A DNA stretch of 63,719 bases, counting the filler, from Candidatus Nanoarchaeia archaeon (lineage in GTDB: Archaea > Nanobdellota > Nanobdellia > Woesearchaeales > DATDTY01): the NCBI GenBank assembly GCA_035290625.1. It is 7 parts of 7 records of this genome, joined end to end, with 100 filler letters (N's around TTAATTAATTAA, not from the genome) between each part and the next. Parts side by side here need not be neighbours in the genome. Positions count along the whole stretch, not along the records: positions 22,347 to 39,846 come from DATDTY010000010.1; positions 39,947 to 42,381 come from DATDTY010000011.1; positions 42,482 to 45,011 come from DATDTY010000012.1; positions 45,112 to 59,734 come from DATDTY010000016.1; 3 more parts are not named here. One strand, written 5' to 3'. The notes beneath the pieces were generated by a model. The model was not told the origin of the DNA and did no database searches. It worked only from the letters and a program-made list of their open reading frames with translations. The position numbers were made by a program, and so were the translations under genes. Shown here in pieces: positions 39,737 to 50,091 of this stretch. Each line of letters starts with the position of its first letter. Position 1 is the first letter of the stretch.

Positions 39737-39846
39737 ATGCGCAAACGCATAATCAACGCAAGAATTCCCTTCGGCTTATTTGAGCGGCTGAGAAACATAG
39801 CCGAAAAGGAATCGAAAGAGACAGGGAAGCCAGTAACCTTCACTAG
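39737..39846 (+). CDS. Small RHH-like protein (partial)
   Basis: MRKRIINARIPFGLFERLRNIAEKE..., cut by the linker. Confidence 0.45.
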
Positions 39847-39946
39847 NNNNNNNNNNNNNNNNNNNNNNNNNNNNNNNNNNNNNNNNNNNNTTAATTAATT
39901 AANNNNNNNNNNNNNNNNNNNNNNNNNNNNNNNNNNNNNNNNNNNN
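39847..39946. other. Artificial contig linker
   Basis: N run + TTAATTAATTAA + N run. Confidence 0.98.
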
Positions 39947-39984
39947 CCCATCACGATAAAGACTGGTATCAAGCGCATGAAGCA

Positions 39985-40506
39985 TTGCATCATGAAGGTT
40001 CCTTCATGCTGACAATACGGCAGTTTGTAGATTTCCTCAGCCTCTTAAAGTCAGGAAAAGCATACTATGCATCAGGAGACAAAGCAGGCACCCAAACACT
40101 AAATTCCATCCTGGATGAAATACTGGCAGTAAGAGAGCCATGGCGCTTAGAATGGCTTGACGCAGACTTTAAGGTTATTAATAATACTCTACACATTAAC
40201 TACAATCATAAACTCACTAACAACCAGCTGCAGCCGCAATACTCGGAGCCATTAGAAGACTGCTTAACCCAAAACAAACTACCAGGCATAGGCTTGAATT
40301 ACTGGCTCAGAAACGCAACATCCCAGGGGCTTCCTCCTGTAAAAACGCCAAATGGAGATCTGTGGTACTGGGCTCCAGCAAGCAACAACTCTGTCGCCGG
40401 GTTCGTCTCTGATGCTGGCGCTGCCTGGCTCTACTGCTGCAGGGAGCCCTCGGGCTCGGATTCCTCCATCGGGGTACGTCAGGCAAAAATTCTCCAGAGG
40501 AAATGA
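39985..40506 (+). CDS. Hypothetical protein (5'-partial)
   Basis: ORF near the contig edge, ending ...SSIGVR. Confidence 0.6.
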   Translation: MHHEGSFMLTIRQFVDFLSLLKSGKAYYASGDKAGTQTLNSILDEILAVREPWRLEWLDADFKVINNTLHINYNHKLTNNQLQPQYSEPLEDCLTQNKLPGIGLNYWLRNATSQGLPPVKTPNGDLWYWAPASNNSVAGFVSDAGAAWLYCCREPSGSDSSIGVRQAKILQRK

Positions 40507-40518
40507 AGGTCAGGGAAA

Positions 40519-42255
40519 ATGAACCTCGCACAACACCTAAACACAATAAAGAACAGGATTGGATTAGTCAGCGGCAGCTTAAAAATAAGTGAATACGATG
40601 ATGCAGATCAAAACATCACCGCTGCCATTAATCCACAAAACTGGCAAATCGAATTCAGCATAAAAAAAGGCTACGAGCCAATCCAGGATAAGCGGCAAAA
40701 GGCATACGCACGAAAGAAAAAGATCTCAGACGCAAAAAAGACTCTGCTTGAAGACCTCCTCCACCATGAATTGGCGCATTGGGAGCTTCCCTTCAACTCA
40801 GGCTTTGGCTGCCCTTTTGACACCTATCACCATGACCTCATCCTGGAAGCAATTAAAAAGGCGCTTCCGGAAAACAAGCAATCTCTCGCAGGCTATGTTG
40901 CAAATGCATTTGAGGATACCCTCATAAACCCAAGAGTGAAAGAGTTTAAAGGAGACTTCTCAGGCCAAGTGCTGTTCTGGGATGATCAGGGAGCTGCAGC
41001 GCAAAAACAAGGCAGGGAAACCTATACTCCCTTTTATGAGGCATTTGTAAAATTAAACATGCATCTCTTTGGGGATAATGCAGACGGGGCATTATTAAAA
41101 AGGCATTATTCCAATGCTCAAAAAGTTGATGAAGCGGTCCAAAAAACGATAGCAGAGCTTAATCTGCCTGAAAATATCCAAAATACCCCCACTCTTTTTA
41201 TAAAGCAGCAATGGCCAGGAATGGCCGCAATCTTTGCAAAAAGCCTTGCGGATTTGCTGGAAACGCCTCCAACAGAAAGGCTCTCTGCCTTCTCTGCTGA
41301 AGCTGACAGCGCAAAAACAGGCCAGCAGCCAGCAGGCAATGGAATTGAGCAGAAAGCATCAACAAAAGAAGGAAAGGAAGAGATTGCCTATGGAAGGTAC
41401 AAAAGCAATAATCCCCCGTCTCCAAACATATCAAACTATGAGCAATTAGATGCGCTCTACAGAAGGCTGGCAAAGGCGCTCCCTGTCAATGTTGAAGCAA
41501 TGACAAGAAGGCAATCCCTTGCTATTGCTCCATTAAACTACCGTCCTTTTGATCCAGAAACAGATGATATGGGAAAAATAAAGCTGACAAAGCTCTATGC
41601 AGCTGAAAGCGGGAGGATAACCTTTGGCTATGAAAGAAGTCCAGTCACAGTCATTCAAAAATCAAAAATACAAAAAAGGTCATTTCCAGAATTCAAGATG
41701 ATCATTCTTGATAATTCGGGCTCAATGCAAGAGGGCCTGAATGGAAACCAGGGAAATACTGCCTTTATTCCTTGGGGAGACAACAGCAAATACCATTATG
41801 CGCTCCTTGGATTCTATGGGATAGAGCAATTCCTCCAGGCGCAAGGCATTGCGCAGTATATCGGCCATGGATTGTCCCTGTTCTCCTCATCCACAAAGTA
41901 CAAAGAATCTGATTTCAAGAATATCCATGAACTAAGAAAATTAGCATTATCCCCTGAATTCGGAAATACAAAAATTAATGTAAGCACACTTGTGGACGCA
42001 TTACGGGGAAAAGAAAGCTTTGTGCTCTCGCTCTCAGACGGGCAGATCCAGAATTGGGATCAAGTGAAACAAGAATTCGGGCAGCTTGCAGCAAGAAATT
42101 ATTTTGCCCACATACAGATTGGCCAGCCAAACCAATTCACGCATGACTTGGAATCAAATAAGCTCCCTGTCTTTTATGTCGCATCAGGAGAGGAGCTCTC
42201 AAAATTAATGGTCAAAATAAGTACAGATACCTACAAGAGGCTCGCACAACAATGA
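40519..42255 (+). CDS. HEXXH metallopeptidase-like domain plus vWA domain
   Basis: LHHELAH and NAFED; MIDAS ILDNSGSM...GNT...LSDG. Confidence 0.8.
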   Translation: MNLAQHLNTIKNRIGLVSGSLKISEYDDADQNITAAINPQNWQIEFSIKKGYEPIQDKRQKAYARKKKISDAKKTLLEDLLHHELAHWELPFNSGFGCPFDTYHHDLILEAIKKALPENKQSLAGYVANAFEDTLINPRVKEFKGDFSGQVLFWDDQGAAAQKQGRETYTPFYEAFVKLNMHLFGDNADGALLKRHYSNAQKVDEAVQKTIAELNLPENIQNTPTLFIKQQWPGMAAIFAKSLADLLETPPTERLSAFSAEADSAKTGQQPAGNGIEQKASTKEGKEEIAYGRYKSNNPPSPNISNYEQLDALYRRLAKALPVNVEAMTRRQSLAIAPLNYRPFDPETDDMGKIKLTKLYAAESGRITFGYERSPVTVIQKSKIQKRSFPEFKMIILDNSGSMQEGLNGNQGNTAFIPWGDNSKYHYALLGFYGIEQFLQAQGIAQYIGHGLSLFSSSTKYKESDFKNIHELRKLALSPEFGNTKINVSTLVDALRGKESFVLSLSDGQIQNWDQVKQEFGQLAARNYFAHIQIGQPNQFTHDLESNKLPVFYVASGEELSKLMVKISTDTYKRLAQQ

Positions 42256-42381
42256 CCCAAAAAACCATTTTCGGGAAACCAATAGAAGGGGCTTACAAGA
42301 GATACTTATCAGAGCAGGAAAAGAAACCAGATAAAGAAAAAGAAATCATCATCCCTCCAACAGAAATCCAAAACCCAGAAA
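42252..42381 (+). CDS. Hypothetical protein (3'-partial)
   Basis: Start overlaps the vWA gene stop; cut by the linker. Confidence 0.5.
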
Positions 42382-42481
42382 NNNNNNNNNNNNNNNNNNN
42401 NNNNNNNNNNNNNNNNNNNNNNNNNTTAATTAATTAANNNNNNNNNNNNNNNNNNNNNNNNNNNNNNNNNNNNNNNNNNNN
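42382..42481. other. Artificial contig linker
   Basis: N run + TTAATTAATTAA + N run. Confidence 0.98.
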
Positions 42482-43248
42482 TTTCCATCCCAATGGGGGC
42501 CAAGTCCAACTTCCTCTGCGCGTTGGGTGATAAGATTATCCACAGATAATGCGAATGGACCGATCTTTTCAAAGTCCTCTTCTCTCAGCCCGGAAATGCG
42601 CAATGCTTCCTCATCGCTTAAATGTCGGTCGCCGGCCTCCCACTTTGTGGTATACCCTATGATTGGCTTTGGCAGCATATCTCCCGGCTTTGGCTCTTTT
42701 GTAACTCCAATCTTCTGGTAAATCTTTTGCAGAGCAGCCTCATTTTCTTGTGGATTCGCTATCGCTTTGGCTTCTGCAATCCTCTTGAACACAGAACTTC
42801 CTCTTGGAAGCCCGTTCCGGAAGATAACCTCAAGAGGCAGCAAATAATTATTGATGTTTCCTCTATTGGTCTCAAAAAACGAATAATCATAGGTAGTCTG
42901 TGGCGTGTCCTTATCTCCAATGATCCTTCTTTCAACAGGGGTATACACAACCGCTGCATTAAACACCATGCTACCAGATCCATTACTCTTGTCTGGAATG
43001 CTGCCAAGAGGCCCAAGCCCCCCACCACCACAATCCAGCCCCAGACTATGATGCCTTATCCCTCTTTTATCGCACTCTTCAAAATTATACTGGCTCATCA
43101 CTGCCAGCGACCTGCCTTTATTGGGAAGCTTATCTGGCATCGTTCCATAATCAAAAATACTATAACGATCAGTAAATGTAAATTCCCCTCCGCCTGCTTT
43201 ATTCTCATACGCTGGCCTGTAAATGTTAACATCCTTAGCTTTTCCCAT
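42482..43248 (-). CDS. purC: SAICAR synthetase (3'-partial)
   Basis: GKAKDV, FTDRYSIFDYG.MPD, PLEVIFRN, TTKWEAGDR, HWDGK. Confidence 0.88.
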
Positions 43249-43249
43249 C

Positions 43250-44230
43250 CTATACCGCCTCCTTCAATCTTTCATATACTGGCTCAAGCATCTTTTCTTT
43301 TGTAATCGGTATCGAGATAAGGTTTAAGAAAGGATCATACTTCGTCCTTCCTTTGTGAAGACTTTCCAAGACCCTATGAGACACATCATTATTCTTTATT
43401 CCTATGATCTCTGCAGCGATTTGCGCAATGTTTCTGGGATTCATTGTTGCCGTATAGGCTGTGTGTTTTGTCTGCTTTGTAATCTCAAACCATTCAGCAA
43501 GCGTTTTTTCATCATACGGCTTATGGCAACTTGCCAGCACACAAGCTTGCTGCCTATCCATCTCAAGAAGCCCTTCATCTACACCCGGGTAGATCATAAT
43601 TGAGGCTTTTGGCGGAGATTCTGCCAAGGTATGGTAGCCTGCAATTCCGTATGGTACGTCAAAGGATTCGAGCTCTCTCTTTATCTCAGATAGGTATCCT
43701 TCTTTCTCAGGATTGCCAGTATTAACTAAGGTAACTCTCTCCCTTCGAAGGCTTGAAAGAGCTAAGTTGAGAGCGTTTCCCAATTGATCTACTCCTACGG
43801 TTGGGATAGGATAACCAGGAGCTTTCTCTACAGTTGAAAGAAACGAGGCAACTCCGCCTGTGTTCTTGTCGGAGAGAGGCACTGCATAGACGAGGGTATG
43901 CACATGGGGCGACTCTGAGAGGATGTAGTCAATCCCGTCTTTTCTTGTCGGGCATACCAGATTTTTGTATGCAGAAGCGAGAACATTGGCTAAGCCTGCA
44001 CATGCAACAATCGCATCCCAATACCCTCCAACTGCATGCTCTACAGTCTCTCTGACAAGTTCAGGAACTCGGTCAGCAGAGGCGATTGCTACGTTAAGGT
44101 CAATCAAATCGTCATTTACAATGCATCGGTCTATAATCTGCTCCAGCTGAGAAAGCAGCTCCCTTTCAGGTTTTGCATCACTCGGGCTTCCAAGAGTCAC
44201 TAGAATCTTTGGCTTGTCCATCCCCCTCAT
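43250..44230 (-). CDS. Divergent double-length PurE-like protein
   Basis: LGSPSD, IASADRVPE, AGLANVL, PGYPIPTVG; second degenerate PurE-like half; adjacent to purC. Confidence 0.7.
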   Translation of the reverse strand: MRGMDKPKILVTLGSPSDAKPERELLSQLEQIIDRCIVNDDLIDLNVAIASADRVPELVRETVEHAVGGYWDAIVACAGLANVLASAYKNLVCPTRKDGIDYILSESPHVHTLVYAVPLSDKNTGGVASFLSTVEKAPGYPIPTVGVDQLGNALNLALSSLRRERVTLVNTGNPEKEGYLSEIKRELESFDVPYGIAGYHTLAESPPKASIMIYPGVDEGLLEMDRQQACVLASCHKPYDEKTLAEWFEITKQTKHTAYTATMNPRNIAQIAAEIIGIKNNDVSHRVLESLHKGRTKYDPFLNLISIPITKEKMLEPVYERLKEAV

Positions 44231-44304
44231 GCTGAGGTGTACTCTCCCTCCCTTTTTATAGATTTCTATACTGTATCTACTATAAAGAAGAAACTATATA
44301 ACCC

Positions 44305-44820
44305 CTATCTTTTAAATCTCTTGACAGCCCGCAGAACAACGCTCTTCGCCTTGTTTACTCCTTCCCAACCCTGCACTGAAACCTTCTTCTTCTCCAGATG
44401 CTTGTAGACCTCAAAGAAATGGGCAATCTCAGCCAAGACATGAGGCTGGACATCCCTGATGTCCTTGATCATCGCAAACCTTGTATCATAGACAGGAACG
44501 CACAAAATCTTGTCGTCCTTGCTGCCTGAGTCAATCATGTGGAGGATTCCTATAGGCCTTGCCTCAATCAGAACTCCCGGGTAGGTTGGAAAGGTCACCA
44601 GGACAAGGGCATCTAAAGGATCATTATCCTCTGCTTTTGTCCTTGGGATAAAGCCGTAGTCTCCCGGATAGTGGAAAGGAGAAAACAGAACCCTATCAAG
44701 CTTGATGATCTTGTTCTTCTTGTCATACTCATACTTGTTCTGGGAGCCCGCAGGCACTTCAACAATCACATTCAGCTCATGCGGGGCATTTCTTCCTGGC
44801 CTGAGCTTCATTGCATCCAT
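44305..44820 (-). CDS. ppa: Family I inorganic pyrophosphatase
   Basis: NKYEYD, YPGDYGFIP, DNDPLD, DDKI, HFFEVYK. Confidence 0.96.
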   Translation of the reverse strand: MDAMKLRPGRNAPHELNVIVEVPAGSQNKYEYDKKNKIIKLDRVLFSPFHYPGDYGFIPRTKAEDNDPLDALVLVTFPTYPGVLIEARPIGILHMIDSGSKDDKILCVPVYDTRFAMIKDIRDVQPHVLAEIAHFFEVYKHLEKKKVSVQGWEGVNKAKSVVLRAVKRFKR

Positions 44821-44870
44821 GCATGGACTTCAAGTTTTCCCAAATATAAATGTTTTGATTTTCTATGTAA

Positions 44871-45011
44871 TGTCTTATCCCGAAACTATTTCCCTACGGT
44901 GAGTTACATTGGAGCATGAAACTCACCAGAGGGAAGCTTATGGAGACCATAAGGCGCAAGAATGATGGCTGGACAACCTATCAAGCGAGGAAAATAGCCC
45001 GTGTTAGTATT
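44871..45011 (+). mobile_element. Probable IS481-like element, left end and transposase start (cut by the contig end)
   Basis: Begins TGT; ORF MKLTRGKLMETIRRKNDGWTTYQARKIARVSI is HTH-like; assembly break follows. Confidence 0.5.
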
Positions 45012-45111
45012 NNNNNNNNNNNNNNNNNNNNNNNNNNNNNNNNNNNNNNNNNNNNTTAATTAATTAANNNNNNNNNNNNNNNNNNNNNNNNNNNNNNNNN
45101 NNNNNNNNNNN
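45012..45111. other. Artificial contig linker
   Basis: N run + TTAATTAATTAA + N run. Confidence 0.98.
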
Positions 45112-45207
45112 GATGGTCACTTCATGGCCTTCTTTTATCAACGCATCTACTGTGAAGGAGCCGATGAAGCCTGCCCCTCCTGTGACGAGGATTTGCTGAG
45201 TTGCCAT
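45112..45207 (-). CDS. NAD-dependent epimerase (N-terminal fragment)
   Basis: MATQQILVTGGAGFIGS. Confidence 0.8.
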
Positions 45208-45252
45208 TGAAGAAGGGTTTGAACGGGTTTTTATAAAGGTTGCTACTTGTAG

Positions 45253-45450
45253 GGCTTCCCTGAAAATCTCTCCGAGGTTGCCGTCGGAAATGCCAAGCAT
45301 TTCCGGGCGCTCCTTCGGAGCACGTCGGCTCGGCTGTAAAGACGATGGGAATGACCGACATTCCCCGGATGGGCAACCCTCTTGTCGGTTTTCCGTCTTT
45401 AATGTTAAGAGCCTCGCAAAAATGACGGCAACTACATTTTCAGGGAAGCC
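45253..45450 (-). mobile_element. Structured MITE-like element, copy R8
   Basis: TIR ggcttccctgaaaat/attttcagggaagcc; flanks tacttgtag/tacttatag (8/9 match). Confidence 0.85.
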
Positions 45451-45803
45451 TACTTATAGATATCCTTGTCATTCTCGTCATATTCCTTGGAAAGCAGGAC
45501 AACCCATTCTGCGTCCTCAATGGCTGTGAGCCAATGGAAGTCATAGGGATCTACTATGAAGCAGTCGCCTTTCTTTGCGATGAAGGTTTCCTCTTTTCCT
45601 GTCTTTGCGCTTTTGATTTTGACTTCGGCAGATCCTTTTATGACATAGAAAAACTCCTTGGTTATCTTATGGTAATGGCCTCCTCGTGTGGTGCCTTTCC
45701 TTGTGGAGGAATGGCTCAGTTGTTTCCAGGCATCTCCTTTGATGATCTCTATGAGAAATCCGCGCTCGTCATCAAACCTGAAGTACGGCTTTGTGTGTTT
45801 CAT
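45450..45803 (-). CDS. Cupin, WxcM/FdtA-like sugar isomerase
   Basis: DERG, TRGGHYHK..KEFF. Confidence 0.8.
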   Translation of the reverse strand: MKHTKPYFRFDDERGFLIEIIKGDAWKQLSHSSTRKGTTRGGHYHKITKEFFYVIKGSAEVKIKSAKTGKEETFIAKKGDCFIVDPYDFHWLTAIEDAEWVVLLSKEYDENDKDIYK

Positions 45804-46113
45804 TTTAGTTGGTTTTGGTTCGTTGGCTTCTGGGTGGATTTATTCTGTATTGAGTGGGGGTATTTTGAACATCAGCGGTTATTTTTTTATTTTATTTTTA
45901 TTATCTTTTTTATTTTGTTACTGTTTGCTTATTCTTAATTTTTTCATTGGTTATTTTTTATTGGAGGTTATTCTATTTCACAGCCAATCGAATTCGTTTT
46001 TTATCTTTATTGATTCATATTATTTTTAGTTATCTTCTTAAGGATTTAGTTTTAGTGAGGTATCATTGGTTATTTGGTGTATGATCATTCAATTGAACCA
46101 TCATTAACCTTTA

Positions 46114-47082
46114 TTAGGCCCTCTTTTGCAGGTCTATCCTGTGTCTTGGCCTCTTGTTTACCAATTCTTCATGCATTTCAGCAATTGCAGCGTCAAAAGT
46201 GTATTCCGGCTGCCAGTTTAATTCTTCTTTTGCCTTTGAGGTGTCCATGACATGATACATGCCTTCTTTCTTTATATGGGAGAGGGTTGATGGGGTAATC
46301 TCAGGATCCTTAATATCGAGCAAACCTGCTATTTTTTTAATGATATCTCCTACTTTGATCGGATCTCCGGAGCCGATGTTGAATGGTCCCTGCTTGCCTG
46401 AGAGTCCTGCCTGCATAAGCGCTGAGGAGACATCTTTCACATAGATCATATCGAGGGAGTCGTCAGGGCTTGTGTAGATGGTTATCTTGGGGCCTTTTGA
46501 CAATTGGGCAAACGCGTCATAGACGGGGCCTCTTTTAGCCTCTATTCCAAAGATATAGCCAAACCTGAGGATTGTGGTTTGGATATTGAAGAGTTTGGTG
46601 TATGTGCTGCAGAAGAGCTCTGCAGAGTACTTGCTGATCGCGTACGGAACAGATGGGACAATCTCGTGCTCTTTTTGAGGGGTTGGATCCCTCCTTTTTT
46701 CGTAGAGGGTTATTGTCGAGGCGAAGACGACACGGGCTTTGTTTTCCTTTGCTGCCTCAAGGACATTAAGAGTCCCAATGGCATTATCCTGGTAATCTGC
46801 CTGGGGGTTTTCAATGGAATGGTAGACTGTTGGCTGGGCTGCGAGGTGGAATAGTATGGAAGCTTCGGATGCTGCATCCTGCAGAGAATCTTTATCCAGG
46901 ATGCCCCCTTTTTTCCATTTGAAATCTTTATTTTTTATTAAGGCTAATGGCTCTGACCTGGAATATCCGGTAACATGCACTCCCTTTGCAAGGAGATCAC
47001 TGCAGAGCTGCTTTCCCACCAAGCCTGAGCAGCCGGTTACAAGGACTGTTTTTCCTTTGTAGGCATTATCGTTTTGTTCCAT
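46114..47082 (-). CDS. NAD-dependent sugar epimerase/dehydratase
   Basis: TGCSGLVG, FHLAAQ, YAISK. Confidence 0.88.
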   Translation of the reverse strand: MEQNDNAYKGKTVLVTGCSGLVGKQLCSDLLAKGVHVTGYSRSEPLALIKNKDFKWKKGGILDKDSLQDAASEASILFHLAAQPTVYHSIENPQADYQDNAIGTLNVLEAAKENKARVVFASTITLYEKRRDPTPQKEHEIVPSVPYAISKYSAELFCSTYTKLFNIQTTILRFGYIFGIEAKRGPVYDAFAQLSKGPKITIYTSPDDSLDMIYVKDVSSALMQAGLSGKQGPFNIGSGDPIKVGDIIKKIAGLLDIKDPEITPSTLSHIKKEGMYHVMDTSKAKEELNWQPEYTFDAAIAEMHEELVNKRPRHRIDLQKRA

Positions 47083-47785
47083 ACTTGATGACTCCGATCA
47101 TCCTTATGAAATTTAAGGTCTCTTTCCAGAGGCTGAGCTTTGTCTTCCCTTTTCTTCTTTCGATATAGAGGATGGGGATTTCTTTCATGATATATCCTTT
47201 TTTATATGCCCTATAAAGGAATTCAGCGAGCATGACGTTTCCTTGCGGATGGAGGCTTTTTCTGATATCCCGGTAGAGGCTTCTTTTGAACACCCTAAAA
47301 TTGTTTGTCGTGTCTCTGATCGGAAGCCCAAGGATGGACGTGAAGAGCTTCTGGCCGAGCATTGATGCGAGCTTCTTGTGAAAAGGCTTTCCTATGAATC
47401 TGCTTTTCCTGAGATACCTGCTTCCGATGATGCAGTCTATAGATTTTTTTTGGACATCGTGTATCATTTCGGGAAGATATTTCGGGTCGTGGGCAAGGTC
47501 AGAGTCCATTGCTATGAGAATATCGCCTTTTGCCGCATCAAATCCTGCCAGAAGGGCTGAGGCAAGGCCTTTTTCACTTGTTCGTGTTATAAGCCGGATG
47601 TTTTTTGATCTCTTCTGAAGATTCTGAACAATCTTGGAGGTACCATCAGGAGAATTGTCGTCAACTACGATGATCTCTATGTTTTTTCTGTTCAGAGCAT
47701 CCTGGATCTTCGGGATGAGAAGCTCTATGTTTCCCCGTTCATTGTAGGTTGCGAGGATGATTGAGATGTCTGGCTTCATAGGCAA
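47066..47785 (-). CDS. Polyprenol-phosphate mannose synthase-like GT2
   Basis: ATYNE, VVDDNSPDGT, MDSDLAHDP, IGSRY. Confidence 0.9.
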   Translation of the reverse strand: MPMKPDISIILATYNERGNIELLIPKIQDALNRKNIEIIVVDDNSPDGTSKIVQNLQKRSKNIRLITRTSEKGLASALLAGFDAAKGDILIAMDSDLAHDPKYLPEMIHDVQKKSIDCIIGSRYLRKSRFIGKPFHKKLASMLGQKLFTSILGLPIRDTTNNFRVFKRSLYRDIRKSLHPQGNVMLAEFLYRAYKKGYIMKEIPILYIERRKGKTKLSLWKETLNFIRMIGVIKYGTKR

Positions 47786-49038
47786 TCATTCATGATCTTT
47801 TTGGCTGCTTTTATGCCTGATTCAATTGCAGTTCCTGTTGAGGTTATTAATGGGTAGGTCGTGTAGTTTCCTGCAAGGTAGATTCCCGGCTCAGGGTTTA
47901 TTGATGGGTTCGTGTATCCTTTTGTGAATTTAGGTGAGGAGAACCTGATTTTATTAAGCTTTTTCCATTCGCAGCCCAAAGGGTAGCCAAATATCCTTTC
48001 GAAATCTTTTTCATAGGACTTGATGATTTCTTCCTCTGATTTTGAAAAAAAGCCCTTATCTGATCCGCAATGGGTAAAGAGGTTGATGATGGTTTCGCCT
48101 TTCTGGCCAAGAGAAGAGTTAAGGTATGATAGATTAAAGATTCCTGAGAAGCTGCATCTTGGAGCAATGTTGACCATCCAGTAGAAGTCTTTGGGTACCT
48201 TTTTCACTGAGCAGACAAGGGAGATGGTGTGGATATAATCAATTGCTTCTAAATCCTTATTTTTTGACCCCGATAGCCCCAGGAATACAGGAGGGGGGAG
48301 GGTTGAGAGGATGATGTCTGCCTTTATGTTTTCTTTTTTTGCTGTTTTTATGGTTTTATTCTTTATGCCTATCTTTTTTATAATAGTGTTGTAATGGATC
48401 TTCGCACCTCTTTGTTCAACTTCCTTTGCAAGGGAGGCTGCAATGACCTCTGTCCAGGCACGGTTTGGGATAAAGCCGAATTTCGAGGAGCCTTCCCTGT
48501 TCGACAGCCTGGTGCCGAGCCATGATGCGCTGATTTCAGAGGAAGGAAGGCCGAATTTGATGTCAATCAGAGGGTCGAAGATTTCGGTTCGGATGAACCT
48601 TCCTGCATTTTTGTCAAGCCATTTGTCAGCAGGCGTGTTGTTGAGGGAACTCCAATCTTTTTTTAAAAAACAGGAAAACATGAATACTGCCCAGCGTATT
48701 TTTTTTATGAGAGGTATCGGGAATGTTAAGAAATCAACCAGATTTGTGAGATCGTAATACCTTTTCTTGTAAAAGAGAACAATATTGGTTTTTTTCCATT
48801 GAATTTGATTATACAGGCCAAGCTGCCTGAACATGTTTTGGAGCGTCTTGTCTGAGGAGAGGATTTGGTGGTAGCCAAGAGGGTAGAACCTGCCTTCATG
48901 CTCGAAGCTTGACGCCAATCCGCCCGGAGAAGCATTTTTTTCAATGAGAGTTACATTGAACTTCGGAGCAAGTATATAGGCTGCTGCAAGGCCGGACAAA
49001 CCTGCGCCGAGAATTATGATCTTTTTATTTCCTGCCAT
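47776..49038 (-). CDS. FAD-dependent oxidoreductase (amine oxidase/HemY-like)
   Basis: [25 protein letters not shown]. Confidence 0.85.
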   Translation of the reverse strand: MAGNKKIIILGAGLSGLAAAYILAPKFNVTLIEKNASPGGLASSFEHEGRFYPLGYHQILSSDKTLQNMFRQLGLYNQIQWKKTNIVLFYKKRYYDLTNLVDFLTFPIPLIKKIRWAVFMFSCFLKKDWSSLNNTPADKWLDKNAGRFIRTEIFDPLIDIKFGLPSSEISASWLGTRLSNREGSSKFGFIPNRAWTEVIAASLAKEVEQRGAKIHYNTIIKKIGIKNKTIKTAKKENIKADIILSTLPPPVFLGLSGSKNKDLEAIDYIHTISLVCSVKKVPKDFYWMVNIAPRCSFSGIFNLSYLNSSLGQKGETIINLFTHCGSDKGFFSKSEEEIIKSYEKDFERIFGYPLGCEWKKLNKIRFSSPKFTKGYTNPSINPEPGIYLAGNYTTYPLITSTGTAIESGIKAAKKIMNDCL

Positions 49039-50071
49039 TCTTTATTTCTTCCATATCAGCATTGATCATGATCTTAACAAGCTCCTTGAAGGTTGTGGTT
49101 GGCCTCCATCCGAGCTTTTCCCTGGCTTTTGCTGCGTCTCCTCTCAGGAAGTCGGTTTCTGTTGGCCTGAAGTATCTTGGATCTACGATAACGATTTCCT
49201 TTCCGGTGTTCTTATCTATGCCGATTTCAGTTACGCCTTCGCCTTTCCATTCGATATCGATTTCAAGCTCTTTGCAGCAGGATTCAATAAACTCCCTTAC
49301 ACTTCTTGATTCTCCTGTAGCAATAACATAATCGTCCGGCTCGTCCTGCTGCAGCATCAGCCACATTGATTCAATATAATCCTTCGCATATCCCCAGTCT
49401 CTTTTTGCATTGAGATTGCCCATATGCAACTTATCCTGCATGCCAAGCTTAATCCTGCATAATCCCCCGGTTATCTTCTTTGTTACAAAGTTTTCTCCTC
49501 TTCTTGGGCTCTCGTGATTAAAAAGGATTCCGTTGCAGACAAACATGTTGTATGCTTCCCTGTAGTTCTTGCAGATCCAGTAGGCATAGAGCTTTGCAAC
49601 TCCATACGGGCTTCTTGGGTAGAATGGGGTTTTTTCTGATTGAAATGGCTCTTGTGCTTTTCCATAGAGTTCGCTTGTCGAAGCCTGGTAGATTTTTGTC
49701 TTGTCGATTAAGCCGAGCAGCCTTACTGCTTCTAAAATTCTTAAGGTGCCGATTGCATCGGTGTTTGCTGTGAATTCAGGTGTTTCAAAAGAGATATGGA
49801 CATGGCTTTGGGCTGCAAGATTGTAGATTTCGTCAGGCTGAATCTGCTTGATGATGGATATGATGCTCACTGCATCGCACATGTCTCCGTAATGCAGATA
49901 GAAGTTTTTACTTCTTTCATAATAATTGGCATGGAGGTGCTCGATCCTCTTCCTGTTGAAACTGCTTGACCTTCTTACAAGGCCGTGGACTTGATAGCCT
50001 TTCTCTAACAGGAACTCTGCAAGATACGAGCCGTCCTGGCCTGTGACTCCAGTAATGAATGCTTTCTTCAT
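49025..50071 (-). CDS. gmd: GDP-mannose 4,6-dehydratase
   Basis: [44 protein letters not shown]. Confidence 0.97.
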   Translation of the reverse strand: MKKAFITGVTGQDGSYLAEFLLEKGYQVHGLVRRSSSFNRKRIEHLHANYYERSKNFYLHYGDMCDAVSIISIIKQIQPDEIYNLAAQSHVHISFETPEFTANTDAIGTLRILEAVRLLGLIDKTKIYQASTSELYGKAQEPFQSEKTPFYPRSPYGVAKLYAYWICKNYREAYNMFVCNGILFNHESPRRGENFVTKKITGGLCRIKLGMQDKLHMGNLNAKRDWGYAKDYIESMWLMLQQDEPDDYVIATGESRSVREFIESCCKELEIDIEWKGEGVTEIGIDKNTGKEIVIVDPRYFRPTETDFLRGDAAKAREKLGWRPTTTFKELVKIMINADMEEIKNGRK

Positions 50072-50091
50072 TGTCCCCCAGAATGAGACGA

